Virus record (IMG/VR): IMGVR_UViG_3300027816_000051
Location: 62,001-126,000 of that record
DNA: 64,000 nucleotides
Strand: one strand, 5' to 3'
The notes below the pieces were generated by a model. That model did not search any database and was not told where the DNA came from. It was given only the letters and a program-made list of their open reading frames with translations. The translations under genes and the position numbers were made by a program. Shown here one piece after another: positions 30,902 through 41,614 of the stretch (within the stretch, counting starts at the first letter, position 1; the number at the start of each line of letters is the position of its first letter).

Positions 30902-32734
30902 ATGGCTAAAAAAATATCATACGCCGTCAGAGACTTTGCGAGTTTAAGACAGGAACTAGTTAATCTCACAAGGGAATATTATCCCGATTTGATTAAGAAT
31001 ACAAATGACGCATCAATTTATTCTGTTTTATTGGATTTAAATGCCGCTGTGACAGACAATTTACATTTTCACATTGATAGGGTTTGGCAAGAGACAATGC
31101 TAGATTTTGCACAACAAAGACAATCATTGTATCATATTGCCAAAACATATGGTATGAGAATACCAGGTAATAGACCATCGGTTTCTTTGTGTGATTTTAC
31201 AATACAAGTACCTGTTAGAGGAGATAAAGAAGATGAGCGTTATTTGGGGACTATAAAATCAGGTGCACAAGTATCGGGTGGGGGACAAGTTTTTGAAACC
31301 ATCGACGATATTGATTTCTCAAATCCCTTCAATAAAAGAGGTGAACCAAACAGATTAAAAATCCCAAATTTTGATGGTAATAATAGACTCATATCATACT
31401 CAATTGTAAAAAGAGAAGCTGTTGTAAATGGTGTAACAAGAATATATAGAAAAGTTATAACAGAAGTTGACCAAAAACCTTTCTTAAAAATATTCTTACC
31501 TGAACAAAACATATTAGGGGTGAGTGGAGTAATTCATAAAGAGGGAACAAACTTTGTAAATAATCCAACTAACTCTGAATTTTTAAGTTCTGAAAATAAA
31601 TGGTACGAAGTAAAATCATTAATACAAGATAAAGTATTTGTGCCCGACCCAACATCGGCATCTGATAGTGATAATTTCATATCGGGAACATACGTTCCAG
31701 TTACAAATAAATTTATTACAGAATATACTCCCGAAAATTATTTTTCGGTAACATTTGGTTCTGGTAATGTTAATCCATTGGATAATTTGGACAACTATAA
31801 CCAAGGTACTTTAAGAGTAAGTCTTGGAACGTATTTGAATAACCTATCATTAGGTGCTTTACCGAAATCAAATACAACGTTATTCATAAAATATAGAATT
31901 GGAGGAGGTAAGGATAGTAATCTCGGTATTGATATTATTACAAGTGTAGATAATGTTGAATTTTCTATTAATGGACCTAACTCATCAACGAACACTCAAG
32001 TACAAAATTCTTTAACCGTAACCAACGTAACACCAGCTGTTGGAGGTGCGGACCAACCCACAATTGAAGAAGTTAGAAACATGATAGCATATAACTTCTC
32101 TGCACAAAATAGGGCGGTAACTCTTAATGATTATAAATCTTTAATTGAGACAATGCCATCAACATATGGGGCTCCCGCTAAGGTAAACGTGATGGAAGAA
32201 GACAATAAAATAAAAATTAAATTATTGTCATATGATGAGAATGGTAATCTTATTGATACTGTTTCAAACACATTAAAAAACAACATTTTATCTTACTTAG
32301 CCGAGTACCGAATGGTTAATGACTTTTTAGAAGTTCAAAGCGGTGAAGTGGTTGATTTCACACTAGAGATTGACGTTGTTATTGATAAAAATGGTAACCA
32401 AACAGAGATTGTTAAAACTATTATCGAGGATACTGTTAGTTATTTTTCAATTGAAAAAAGAAAAATGGGTGACCCATTATTTGTTGGTGATTTATATAAA
32501 ACAATAGGTGAAGTAAATGGAGTGGTAAACGCTGTCGATATAAGAGTTTTCAATAACGTAGGTGGAGAATATTCATCTTCTGAAGTGTTACAATCATATA
32601 TTGACCCAACCACAAAAGAAATTGCTCAATCCGATATGACTATCTATATGAAATCTAACCAAATATATCAAATAAGATTTCCTCAGAAAGATATAAAAGT
32701 TAGAGTAAAAACATTAGGAACGACTACATTCTAA
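30902..32734 (+). CDS. baseplate wedge protein (T4 gp6 / baseplate J-like)
   Basis: RDFASLRQEL, YRIGGG--SN, AVGGAD and QNRAVTLNDY motifs. Follows the gp25-like gene. Confidence 0.9.
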   Translation: MAKKISYAVRDFASLRQELVNLTREYYPDLIKNTNDASIYSVLLDLNAAVTDNLHFHIDRVWQETMLDFAQQRQSLYHIAKTYGMRIPGNRPSVSLCDFTIQVPVRGDKEDERYLGTIKSGAQVSGGGQVFETIDDIDFSNPFNKRGEPNRLKIPNFDGNNRLISYSIVKREAVVNGVTRIYRKVITEVDQKPFLKIFLPEQNILGVSGVIHKEGTNFVNNPTNSEFLSSENKWYEVKSLIQDKVFVPDPTSASDSDNFISGTYVPVTNKFITEYTPENYFSVTFGSGNVNPLDNLDNYNQGTLRVSLGTYLNNLSLGALPKSNTTLFIKYRIGGGKDSNLGIDIITSVDNVEFSINGPNSSTNTQVQNSLTVTNVTPAVGGADQPTIEEVRNMIAYNFSAQNRAVTLNDYKSLIETMPSTYGAPAKVNVMEEDNKIKIKLLSYDENGNLIDTVSNTLKNNILSYLAEYRMVNDFLEVQSGEVVDFTLEIDVVIDKNGNQTEIVKTIIEDTVSYFSIEKRKMGDPLFVGDLYKTIGEVNGVVNAVDIRVFNNVGGEYSSSEVLQSYIDPTTKEIAQSDMTIYMKSNQIYQIRFPQKDIKVRVKTLGTTTF

Positions 32735-32786
32735 TTTAATTTTTATTTATTTTTCTGGAAATCCATAATTTTCTATTTATAGAATA

Positions 32787-35700
32787 ATGCAGAAACACAG
32801 AATTTCCACAAATATAGGTAAAGACCAAAAAGTTGTTGTCGAATTAAAAAACGACTTTGACTTATTGGAAATATTATCCCTTAAATTCACACAGACGGAG
32901 GTATACTCCTCAATGTGTGCGGACTATGGTGTTGTTTGTGGAAGAATCTTTGTAAACAATGGATTCGGTGTTCCAAATGCTAGAGTTTCTATTTTCATTC
33001 CAATATCCGAAGAAGATTCAAACGACCCCGTAATTTCTGAGTTATATCCATTTACCACGGTAGATAGTAAAAATGATGAAGGATATAGATATAATCTTTT
33101 ACCAAGTCGAAAACAACACGGTGGACACGAACCAACCGGTACATTCCCTGACCAAAAAGATATTTTAACGAGAGAAGAGGTTCTTGAGGTTTATGAAAAA
33201 TATTACAAATACACTGTAAAAACAAACGATGCTGGTGACTTCATGATTTGGGGTGTTCCTGTAGGGACACAAACAATTCATGTTGATGTAGATTTATCTG
33301 ATATTGGGTGTTTTTCACTTAGACCTGACGATTTTATTAGACAAGGTTTAGGTGTTGACAAATTCAAAAATACATATTCGTACAAAGCGTCAAATGATTT
33401 AGACACTTTACCTCAAATAGTTTCTTTTAATCAAACTATAGAAGTTTATCCTTTTTGGGGTAACGAAGATTTATGTGAAATTGGATTAACCAGAACTGAT
33501 TTTGATTTATCAAGTAAAGGGGTTAAAGTAGAGCCAAAAGCGTATCTATTAGGTTCAATATATTCGGATAAAGGTAAAAATACAATAAATAAAAATTGTA
33601 GACCAAGAGGTGAGATGGGTCGAAAATGTGATTTAACCACATTTGATGCTGTTATTGAAATAATAAGGTTTACACCAAATAAAGACAGTAGTGGTCGACC
33701 AATACTTGAGAGATACGAAATACAAGAAGATATCGAGGACGATGGTTCATTTGTGGTCCCATTACCCATGAACATGGATTTTGTGTACACAAATGAATTT
33801 GGTGAAAATGAAACAACAAATGACCCTAACAAAGGAATACCAACATCGGCTTGTTATAGATTCAGAATATCAGGTAAAAATGAAACTTTAGGTAGGGTTA
33901 GATATGTTGCTAGTTATTTGATACCAAACATTAGGGAGTACAATTCCGACGTTGATGGTTCATATGCGTTTTCATTAAATTGGGACGACTACCCAACTTC
34001 AGCCACAAGTTCATCAGTAATATTCAATCAGACTTATGGAAGTTATTATCCTGAGGATTATTTCTATAGATTTACATATAACAAAGTCTACACTGTAACA
34101 TCTTACATGGGTGGGCATTTTAAAGGTGGTAAAGACAACTTTTTAGGTATAAAAGATATTGCACCAAAAGCGGAAGAAGATTGCGAATCAAGTGTTGTCA
34201 CCCCACCAATAAATTATGCGTGGAGAAAGTTTAGTTTTGCAATTCTTTTGGCGATTATTATTAATGCGTTCGAAAGAGTCATATATACCGCCTTTGTTGG
34301 TGCTGTTCAAATTATCATTGCTCCATTTCAATTAATTTATGAAAAAGTTAGAATTGGTCCTTGGAATATTTTAGGATGGACTTTTTATTGGGCACCTTTT
34401 GACGGGTGGGATGAATCAATTATTGAACCATTACAAGCATTGGGAACAGTAAGATTAAGTTTAACAATATATCCCGAATGTGAATCTTGTGATGAAATTC
34501 AAGTTTTTACGGAAGATTCGTCGACTGACACCGACCCTTCTAACATATATCAAAAAGTCGCTAGTGGTACCGCGGTTCGAGACAAACTTACTTTTTTGGT
34601 TAATTGTACAACATACACTTTACCACCACCAACTACTGGCACAACCACCTATACTTGGAGAGATTGTACTAATAACTCAATTCAATCCCAATCAATACCA
34701 TTTAGTGGGTCATCAGTTACAGGTGTTTGCGCTAGAGATGGTTCTATGTCCTACGCTGGTGGAGATGGTGTACCCGTGGTAACAGGAACCTGTGATTCCA
34801 CGGTGACAGATATTTTTATATGTGACTATGACCCAACTGAAAGAGAATATTTTTTAAGTGAATCACCCTCAAGTGGTTTAACATCTTATTATTATACGGG
34901 TTACACGTATGGACAATCATTATCAACAATTATAAACAATATAATAGTAAATCCTAATAGAAATTATTACATAAGGGTTACTTCTTATCTAGCTCATTCA
35001 GGTGCACAAACGGCCGATATTACAGCATTAAGTGGATTAACAACAGGAAATAGTTATACTTTTCTTTACAGAAACTATACTTGTGGTTCAACAACAGGTG
35101 TTTTAGGTAGAGATTTAGCGTCCGCAAATTCGTGGTTACAATGGAACGACCCAACAATCCCAAAAGATTATGTTTGGTCGGGATTCACTTACGAAATATA
35201 CGATTCAAATTACCCGATAACCGGTTCAACAACAAGCTCGTTTGATTCCACATCTTTACCCGAAGGGTGTTTATCTCAAAATACAATATATGACGATAGT
35301 GGTATTGTAAAAATAAGTTACTGTGCAAGCGGTACTACTGCCGATTATAGTGGAACAACGGCAAACCCTGGTACAAATTGTAATAATTTAAACTTAATGG
35401 TAGTTGGACAAGCAGCAGCTAATGACTTGTCCAAAAACCCTTGTTCGATAAAATGTGACACGAGAAGTGGTTTTTCTGAATTTAGATTTGGTGTTTACAC
35501 AGTAATTCCCGCGGCTCATACAGACAATAGAGATGTACAATTTAAATTAATCAGAGAATATGCAAGAAGAAAATTGGTAAATAAAGTTTTCTGCGAAGGT
35601 ATTGCTAATTATTCCTTTTTTGACAACTGGTTAGCGGGTTCTCTTTATATGTTCCCTTTCAAAGCTAGAGTGAGATGGGACAATGAAGAAACTTTAGATT

Positions 35701-36911
35701 TGAACGTCAGAGGGACCAATTACTGTCAAAATTTACTATATTATAAAGTTTCAGAAAAAACATCAAATGACGCAGTAAAAAAATTTTATTACAGGTCCAC
35801 AAAATGGAACGGCTCGATTTTCCAAAAAACAGCATCAGGTTCTGAATTCAGTACCCTAAGACACCCAACAACAATAATGGATTTAGGTCCAAGAGATGAA
35901 TTTATTAAAGAAATTTGTGTAGACCCAACATTAGACCCAAATTGCTCTATTGTTAGAAGTATAGGTTCAACATCGTATCAAAATTTTAAAGAAATGTTGG
36001 GTCTTTACATTAATTACAGACTTGACACAAACGCCAATTATAATTATAAAGATTTTTTCTCTAATAATGGATACACTTCATACTACCCGTTTAACACTAA
36101 TAAAGAAATATTAAATGGTGACGTTTTACAATTAATATCAATTAACAATGAAGCCGGTATTGAGGAATTTGATTTACAAAATAGATATTATGGTCAATAC
36201 AGTCCTGTAATTCTTGACCCTGATGATTATGTTCAATTATTTAAATCACAATCCGGAACAACGAATGGACCAATGCCGATAAATTTTGTTTTAGACGATG
36301 ACGGTTATAGGGTTAGAGTTTGTCTAAATGAACCAGGTAGGTTAACAGAATCGTCACAAATTGTTCCATTTTTTTATTGGGATAAGGACGGACAAGGTTT
36401 TGGTGAAGGATATGGACAATCTTGGGATTATGCCACTGTTGTTTCTCAGAGATTACAAGGAATGACGTATAATTATGCGTTTACGGGTGATTCAACATAT
36501 AATTATGTTTTATTTCCGATGACAAAAACATATTCGGGAGATACATTCACAATCGCAGGTGCTGATGTTAACGATGGTTCGTTTGATGTTGAAGATACAA
36601 ACGACGTGCATCTAAACTACAACAATCAAGAGGAAGGGTTTACTGTTTTACATATAACATCAGGAACCACTTTATCACCGGATGCAGGTACTTTGTGGAT
36701 TAGAGTTGGAGAGGTGGGGGGATGGGCTTCAAAACCGTGGAATAATGATGTTGATTTTATATTAAAACCAACACAAGTAAATTATACTGGTAATAAACAA
36801 ATATTATCAACACCATTCTTATTTTATTTTGGATTAAGACCAGGCGCAACTGCGGTTGATAAATTTATAAAATTATTTGGACCAAAAGGTGCGTTCCCAT
36901 CTCAAGAATAA
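32787..36911 (+). CDS. large putative virion structural protein
   Basis: N-terminal beta-sandwich-like segment (GVVCGRI...VPNARVSIF...KTNDAGDFMIWGVPVGTQTI), an internal hydrophobic segment and a Cys/Thr-rich module. TATTTAT upstream. Confidence 0.65.
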   Translation: MQKHRISTNIGKDQKVVVELKNDFDLLEILSLKFTQTEVYSSMCADYGVVCGRIFVNNGFGVPNARVSIFIPISEEDSNDPVISELYPFTTVDSKNDEGYRYNLLPSRKQHGGHEPTGTFPDQKDILTREEVLEVYEKYYKYTVKTNDAGDFMIWGVPVGTQTIHVDVDLSDIGCFSLRPDDFIRQGLGVDKFKNTYSYKASNDLDTLPQIVSFNQTIEVYPFWGNEDLCEIGLTRTDFDLSSKGVKVEPKAYLLGSIYSDKGKNTINKNCRPRGEMGRKCDLTTFDAVIEIIRFTPNKDSSGRPILERYEIQEDIEDDGSFVVPLPMNMDFVYTNEFGENETTNDPNKGIPTSACYRFRISGKNETLGRVRYVASYLIPNIREYNSDVDGSYAFSLNWDDYPTSATSSSVIFNQTYGSYYPEDYFYRFTYNKVYTVTSYMGGHFKGGKDNFLGIKDIAPKAEEDCESSVVTPPINYAWRKFSFAILLAIIINAFERVIYTAFVGAVQIIIAPFQLIYEKVRIGPWNILGWTFYWAPFDGWDESIIEPLQALGTVRLSLTIYPECESCDEIQVFTEDSSTDTDPSNIYQKVASGTAVRDKLTFLVNCTTYTLPPPTTGTTTYTWRDCTNNSIQSQSIPFSGSSVTGVCARDGSMSYAGGDGVPVVTGTCDSTVTDIFICDYDPTEREYFLSESPSSGLTSYYYTGYTYGQSLSTIINNIIVNPNRNYYIRVTSYLAHSGAQTADITALSGLTTGNSYTFLYRNYTCGSTTGVLGRDLASANSWLQWNDPTIPKDYVWSGFTYEIYDSNYPITGSTTSSFDSTSLPEGCLSQNTIYDDSGIVKISYCASGTTADYSGTTANPGTNCNNLNLMVVGQAAANDLSKNPCSIKCDTRSGFSEFRFGVYTVIPAAHTDNRDVQFKLIREYARRKLVNKVFCEGIANYSFFDNWLAGSLYMFPFKARVRWDNEETLDLNVRGTNYCQNLLYYKVSEKTSNDAVKKFYYRSTKWNGSIFQKTASGSEFSTLRHPTTIMDLGPRDEFIKEICVDPTLDPNCSIVRSIGSTSYQNFKEMLGLYINYRLDTNANYNYKDFFSNNGYTSYYPFNTNKEILNGDVLQLISINNEAGIEEFDLQNRYYGQYSPVILDPDDYVQLFKSQSGTTNGPMPINFVLDDDGYRVRVCLNEPGRLTESSQIVPFFYWDKDGQGFGEGYGQSWDYATVVSQRLQGMTYNYAFTGDSTYNYVLFPMTKTYSGDTFTIAGADVNDGSFDVEDTNDVHLNYNNQEEGFTVLHITSGTTLSPDAGTLWIRVGEVGGWASKPWNNDVDFILKPTQVNYTGNKQILSTPFLFYFGLRPGATAVDKFIKLFGPKGAFPSQE

Positions 36912-38671
36912 TGGATAAAAAAAGGATTATATTACCATCTAAAAAATTTTTTGGTTCAATCAATGAAGACCAAACAATTCGTGTTGGGTTAGAGGAAACT
37001 GAGAATCTTTTAAGAGAAGGTGACAGAACAATTATTCTAAGTAACGCGGAGCTCTTTAATAAAGAAAGGAACGAAAGTAATAGCTATAAAATTCATGGTA
37101 AACTAAAAATGGTTTTTAGAAATCTTTATAGTGGTTCATCTGAATATAATCCATTATTAAAAAGACTGTATTTGGTTGGTGACGGTGGTAATAATGATTT
37201 TACAGGTTTCATACCCTACCAAGAATTTGCTTTTTTAAGAAAAGATGTGGTAAGACAAATAAACACTATACAAACTATTTCATCATTAACAACGTACAGT
37301 CCCATTTTTGCTTATTCAGGAGAAACTGAACACACCTCAATATCGTCCATACAAGCACCATATCACAATTGGAACATATACCTTTCATATGTTTATGGTC
37401 AAGACAGTGCTTATCCGATGAAATATTCATTAAGTGGTGGAACTTATTTTAGTTTTACATCAGGCGATGGAATACCTTTTAGGGTTGAAAGCAATGGTAA
37501 CACATACAAGTTAACAAGTCCTGTAGAACACGGAATGTTATCGGGTGAATTTATTACACTAAGCGGAGGTAGTTTTAATAACGCGGTAAATGTCACGGGT
37601 AAAACATTCACAATTATAAGTGTTGGTGACTCAATATATAATTCTGAAAAATATGTTTTAGAAATATCTAAATCCGAATTACCCTCTGGTTCAACACTTT
37701 CAACAGTTGTTTTTGGTAAACGATGTCTTGACAGAAATGACATAACAGGTTCCACATCTAATTATTACGTTCACAAACACAAAACACTAACAGAAAGGGA
37801 AGATTATATATTAGACAAAATTGGATTTGAGTCATCTATTTGGGAAAACGAAAGAAAATTACTTTTAGAAAATAGTGCTGGTGTTTCTGATGTTTTGGTT
37901 GAAAGGAATATGATGGAATCATTAATTTATGATTTCAAAGAACCATTTGTTCTTACGGGATTAACTAATAATTTAGGTTATTTACCAACTGAAGTTTATG
38001 TAAGTACCATTTTGGCCAATAGAAACGGTTATTTTGAATACCCACCTAAAGTTGGTTGGAAATTCAATTTTCATGATACATGGGTTGACGAACATTTTAA
38101 TGGTACAGGAACTACTGAAACGTCCATATTAACAAGTGGTTTCTCGAGAACGATTAGTGCAACAACCTATAATTTTACAACAGGTGTAGATTTACCTGTT
38201 GGTACAGTTTTACATGGTGCCTTTGTTGAATACAATCGTTCAGAATTAAAAGAAAGAATTATAAGTGAATCATATCACAGATTCTCTAATCCTTTATTTG
38301 TTTTTGATTATGGACAAACGGGTACAACTGTAACCTTTTCAGGTGGTTCAATGACAAACATGTATGGTCTTTATTATCAACCACACCATAGAGTAAAACT
38401 AAGACAATTGTCACCATATATTGAAACTTCAACAACAAATCAAGTATACGGATTACCACAGAATTCAAAATATTTTGAAGACGAGGCGTTATGGAAATGG
38501 AGAGATTTATACGACCATGGATTTATTGACCCTGATGGTTTCGGTACCAACTTTCCTTTTATTAATAATATACATTATGTAAAAAGTGATATTGATTTTT
38601 ATTTACGAAACGAAAATATCTACAGGAATAAACAAGATAAAGTTAAGAACGTAAACAAGTTTAAATGTTAA
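36911..38671 (+). CDS. putative virion structural protein
   Basis: 586 aa, TAATG-coupled, within the baseplate block, Ser/Gly/Thr-rich. Confidence 0.65.
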   Translation: MDKKRIILPSKKFFGSINEDQTIRVGLEETENLLREGDRTIILSNAELFNKERNESNSYKIHGKLKMVFRNLYSGSSEYNPLLKRLYLVGDGGNNDFTGFIPYQEFAFLRKDVVRQINTIQTISSLTTYSPIFAYSGETEHTSISSIQAPYHNWNIYLSYVYGQDSAYPMKYSLSGGTYFSFTSGDGIPFRVESNGNTYKLTSPVEHGMLSGEFITLSGGSFNNAVNVTGKTFTIISVGDSIYNSEKYVLEISKSELPSGSTLSTVVFGKRCLDRNDITGSTSNYYVHKHKTLTEREDYILDKIGFESSIWENERKLLLENSAGVSDVLVERNMMESLIYDFKEPFVLTGLTNNLGYLPTEVYVSTILANRNGYFEYPPKVGWKFNFHDTWVDEHFNGTGTTETSILTSGFSRTISATTYNFTTGVDLPVGTVLHGAFVEYNRSELKERIISESYHRFSNPLFVFDYGQTGTTVTFSGGSMTNMYGLYYQPHHRVKLRQLSPYIETSTTNQVYGLPQNSKYFEDEALWKWRDLYDHGFIDPDGFGTNFPFINNIHYVKSDIDFYLRNENIYRNKQDKVKNVNKFKC

Positions 38672-38672
38672 T

Positions 38673-39506
38673 ATGAAAATTCTTGCTAAAAATAATGACC
38701 AAACAATTATAATTCCATCAAACCAAATGTTTAAAACAGATTTGGGTTGGACTGATAATGCTGAGCAGATGGAGCAAGAGATTTTATATGAAATCATCAA
38801 CCCAACTGAAAATTATGAAACTGTAAGATACATACATACCGCATATGACCAAGTTTCACCGGTAACTGATAATACTTTTAACCAAACGGACATATGGTAT
38901 AATTTTTATTTTTTGAATAGTTTTGGTAATTACTCACAAAATTATGAAGACGTTGGAATAACAATGGAAGAAAATTCTAAAATGTTAAAACAGTCAACAG
39001 AAAGTTTTTTCAGATTAGAGTTTTACAAAACTAATAATGACGCATCACCAAATCAAACGAATAGAAGATTGGTTTTTGCAAAGAATTTATCACTCCCTCT
39101 TGGTGAAAGAATATATTATACAGGCACACCGTCGGGAGCTACGTTACCTCTAAACGATTTTGTTTATGTCCCTGTTTTCACTGGTTCAAACTACAGAAAT
39201 ACGGAAAATATGTACTTTTTTTGGTTTGCGGATGATTCACCATTTGATGAAACAAATATTACGGGAAATACATTTTATATGACCGCCAAGTACTATAATG
39301 CAAAAGACGGAAGTGTTATTGATTTTGTAAATAAATCAAAAAATGTAAATGCAACAACACCGTATGCTGAAGAAGAAGATGTCTACTATAAAGTAATTAT
39401 AGATAGAACAAATTATTCATACATAGTTTATGCGTATAATGGTTCATTAGGTACAAGAAAAGGAATAGTAACCGCACCAATAAATTTTTATGAAAGAAAA
39501 CAATAA
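38673..39506 (+). CDS. putative virion structural protein
   Basis: 277 aa, contiguous within the operon. Confidence 0.65.
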   Translation: MKILAKNNDQTIIIPSNQMFKTDLGWTDNAEQMEQEILYEIINPTENYETVRYIHTAYDQVSPVTDNTFNQTDIWYNFYFLNSFGNYSQNYEDVGITMEENSKMLKQSTESFFRLEFYKTNNDASPNQTNRRLVFAKNLSLPLGERIYYTGTPSGATLPLNDFVYVPVFTGSNYRNTENMYFFWFADDSPFDETNITGNTFYMTAKYYNAKDGSVIDFVNKSKNVNATTPYAEEEDVYYKVIIDRTNYSYIVYAYNGSLGTRKGIVTAPINFYERKQ

Positions 39507-40672
39507 TGGATATTAAATCACCAACAAAATACGAAATACTTAGGAAAAATATTCCTAATGTTAAATTGTATTCAAACGATGGTCCATATTGGTACAATAG
39601 TTTGGGTAGTTTAATATCGTGGTCGGAGTCTCAATATCTTGACCCTTTAGATGGTTTTATAGTGTATAACGTCACTGGTGGTACTGTTAGTAATGGATAC
39701 TACATGTGGACGGGAACCACCATACCAACCAACTCTTACGGAGACGCTGGTTGTGATTTAACTTTAGAACTATATGGTTGGAACAATATTACAAAAGGGG
39801 AGGCGTATGGTGAACACATGTTACCGATATTTTTAGAAACACACGTTGACGAAATGGGTGTAATGGTTGGTTTTGATGGGGAACTTGAACAAGTTGAACA
39901 AATTTGTAACTTTTCTTATACTCAGACCGGTAACACAGTTCAGGTTTACAATACGGTGGACACGAGTAAAGTTTCTGAAATACATTTTATCGATTTTACT
40001 GTCAGTTGGGGAGACGGGACTACAAGTATTCTATCAACAACTGGAATTACCGCAACAAAAACATATTCATCCACCGGCGAAACAACCATATCAATTTCAA
40101 TCAACACACCATGGAGTCAGTTTGAAACTAAAAAGAAAGTACAAGTACCTTCAAATACCACTGTCTCTAACCCATTAGGGACATTCTCCGGGTTCACAAT
40201 ACCATACACCAACATATCGGGTCAAAGTCAAAATTATCTAAACGATTTAGACTATAATGGAACCAACACAGGTTATACCACATTTACATATGCTGCAATT
40301 GGTAAAAGTAAAATTAGCGAATTAAAATTATACGGTTCAAATACATACTCAGGTGTAACTACAGGAGTAACAAATGGTGTGGCTTACAGTGCATACACAA
40401 TTGATAATTTGTATTATCAAGATTTTGAGGATGGAATCACTACAATTACTGGTACAACATCAGGATTTACAAAAGAAGAAGTCATCAATAAGGTTATTAC
40501 AAGAAATGAACATTTCTTAGGATTTATTGATGAACCAGTAATCTATTCTGACATTTTTGTTGAAAGAGGAAAACAAGGTGTAATGGAAAAAACATTACGA
40601 TTATCTGAAATTGACAACACAGGTGAATTATCAATTTATGGAAACGGATATTTTAATATTAGAAAACAATAA
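39506..40672 (+). CDS. putative structural protein with a PKD-like Ig domain
   Basis: FTVSWGDGT...TKTYSSTGETTISI resembles the PKD W-GDG...H-Y---G-Y pattern. Confidence 0.65.
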   Translation: MDIKSPTKYEILRKNIPNVKLYSNDGPYWYNSLGSLISWSESQYLDPLDGFIVYNVTGGTVSNGYYMWTGTTIPTNSYGDAGCDLTLELYGWNNITKGEAYGEHMLPIFLETHVDEMGVMVGFDGELEQVEQICNFSYTQTGNTVQVYNTVDTSKVSEIHFIDFTVSWGDGTTSILSTTGITATKTYSSTGETTISISINTPWSQFETKKKVQVPSNTTVSNPLGTFSGFTIPYTNISGQSQNYLNDLDYNGTNTGYTTFTYAAIGKSKISELKLYGSNTYSGVTTGVTNGVAYSAYTIDNLYYQDFEDGITTITGTTSGFTKEEVINKVITRNEHFLGFIDEPVIYSDIFVERGKQGVMEKTLRLSEIDNTGELSIYGNGYFNIRKQ

Positions 40673-40696
40673 TTTTCATATTTATTATAAAAAAAC

Positions 40697-41614
40697 ATGG
40701 CAGTAGGTAGTTACGGTATAATTAGACCATCAGATGTGTCACCCGAAGACGTTGAAATTTATTTTCATTACGTTGCGGATAGAAATAGCACTTCGACTGT
40801 TACTCTTAAGAAATTAAGTTCAGCTGAAGTATTAACCCCTGTTTATCATAATTCGAACACCACGGATGATACTTCAGCACCTAATGTTGAAATCTTAGGT
40901 GGATTGTACAACTTAAAATTAACCGCATCCGATTTTGCGGATTTAGGTGTATACACACTCCATATAAGACCAAAACAAATAAGAACTTCAATTACTGATT
41001 GTGGAATTTTAGCGTCTCTACCTTCAGTTAGAGGATTGGTCATTGACTTATCCAATGTTCCTGCTGATGATAGAAATAAATTTACACCACAAGGACTTGT
41101 TGGATATAGAATTGAGTACATTAATTCATCTGACAATAAAAAAATTCCAAATTTTTATAGAATCGTAACATCTTCGTTCTACTGTACACCAATTGTTTCA
41201 AATTTAACAAGTACATCACAAAAAGCTATCAGATATCAGTATAGTGAACAGGCAACCAATTTGATGTTTTTAACAGTAACACCATCTTCAGCACCAACAA
41301 ATAAACCAAATACGGTTCCATTTATTGGTGTACCATCACAAAAAATCATATTAACAAACACATATTTAAATCCCACCACAATTGAGGTAGAAATGGTTGA
41401 ACATGATGCTTCAACATTGGCACATGCTCTTTATGGTAATCAAAGTAAAGCGGTTTCACAAGGTATCTATACCATCTATGACAATAATAATAACATCTAT
41501 AGACAATACAATCTTTACGAAGTTAAAGACGAATTTAATGAAACATTATATGAGATTCGTGAAGAAAGAAATGACGTAGACGAAACCTTAAACTTTGATA
41601 CTATAACAGAATAA
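40697..41614 (+). CDS. putative virion structural protein
   Basis: 305 aa, TATTTAT upstream, TAATG-coupled to the next gene. Confidence 0.65.
   Translation: MAVGSYGIIRPSDVSPEDVEIYFHYVADRNSTSTVTLKKLSSAEVLTPVYHNSNTTDDTSAPNVEILGGLYNLKLTASDFADLGVYTLHIRPKQIRTSITDCGILASLPSVRGLVIDLSNVPADDRNKFTPQGLVGYRIEYINSSDNKKIPNFYRIVTSSFYCTPIVSNLTSTSQKAIRYQYSEQATNLMFLTVTPSSAPTNKPNTVPFIGVPSQKIILTNTYLNPTTIEVEMVEHDASTLAHALYGNQSKAVSQGIYTIYDNNNNIYRQYNLYEVKDEFNETLYEIREERNDVDETLNFDTITE

Noticed and set aside
2856-32734. Bacterial eCIS/tailocin locus or eukaryotic giant virus
   Set aside because: The tail genes are interleaved with T4-like SSB, UvsX, exonuclease, helicase and RNR. There are bacterial-type terminators and no host housekeeping context.
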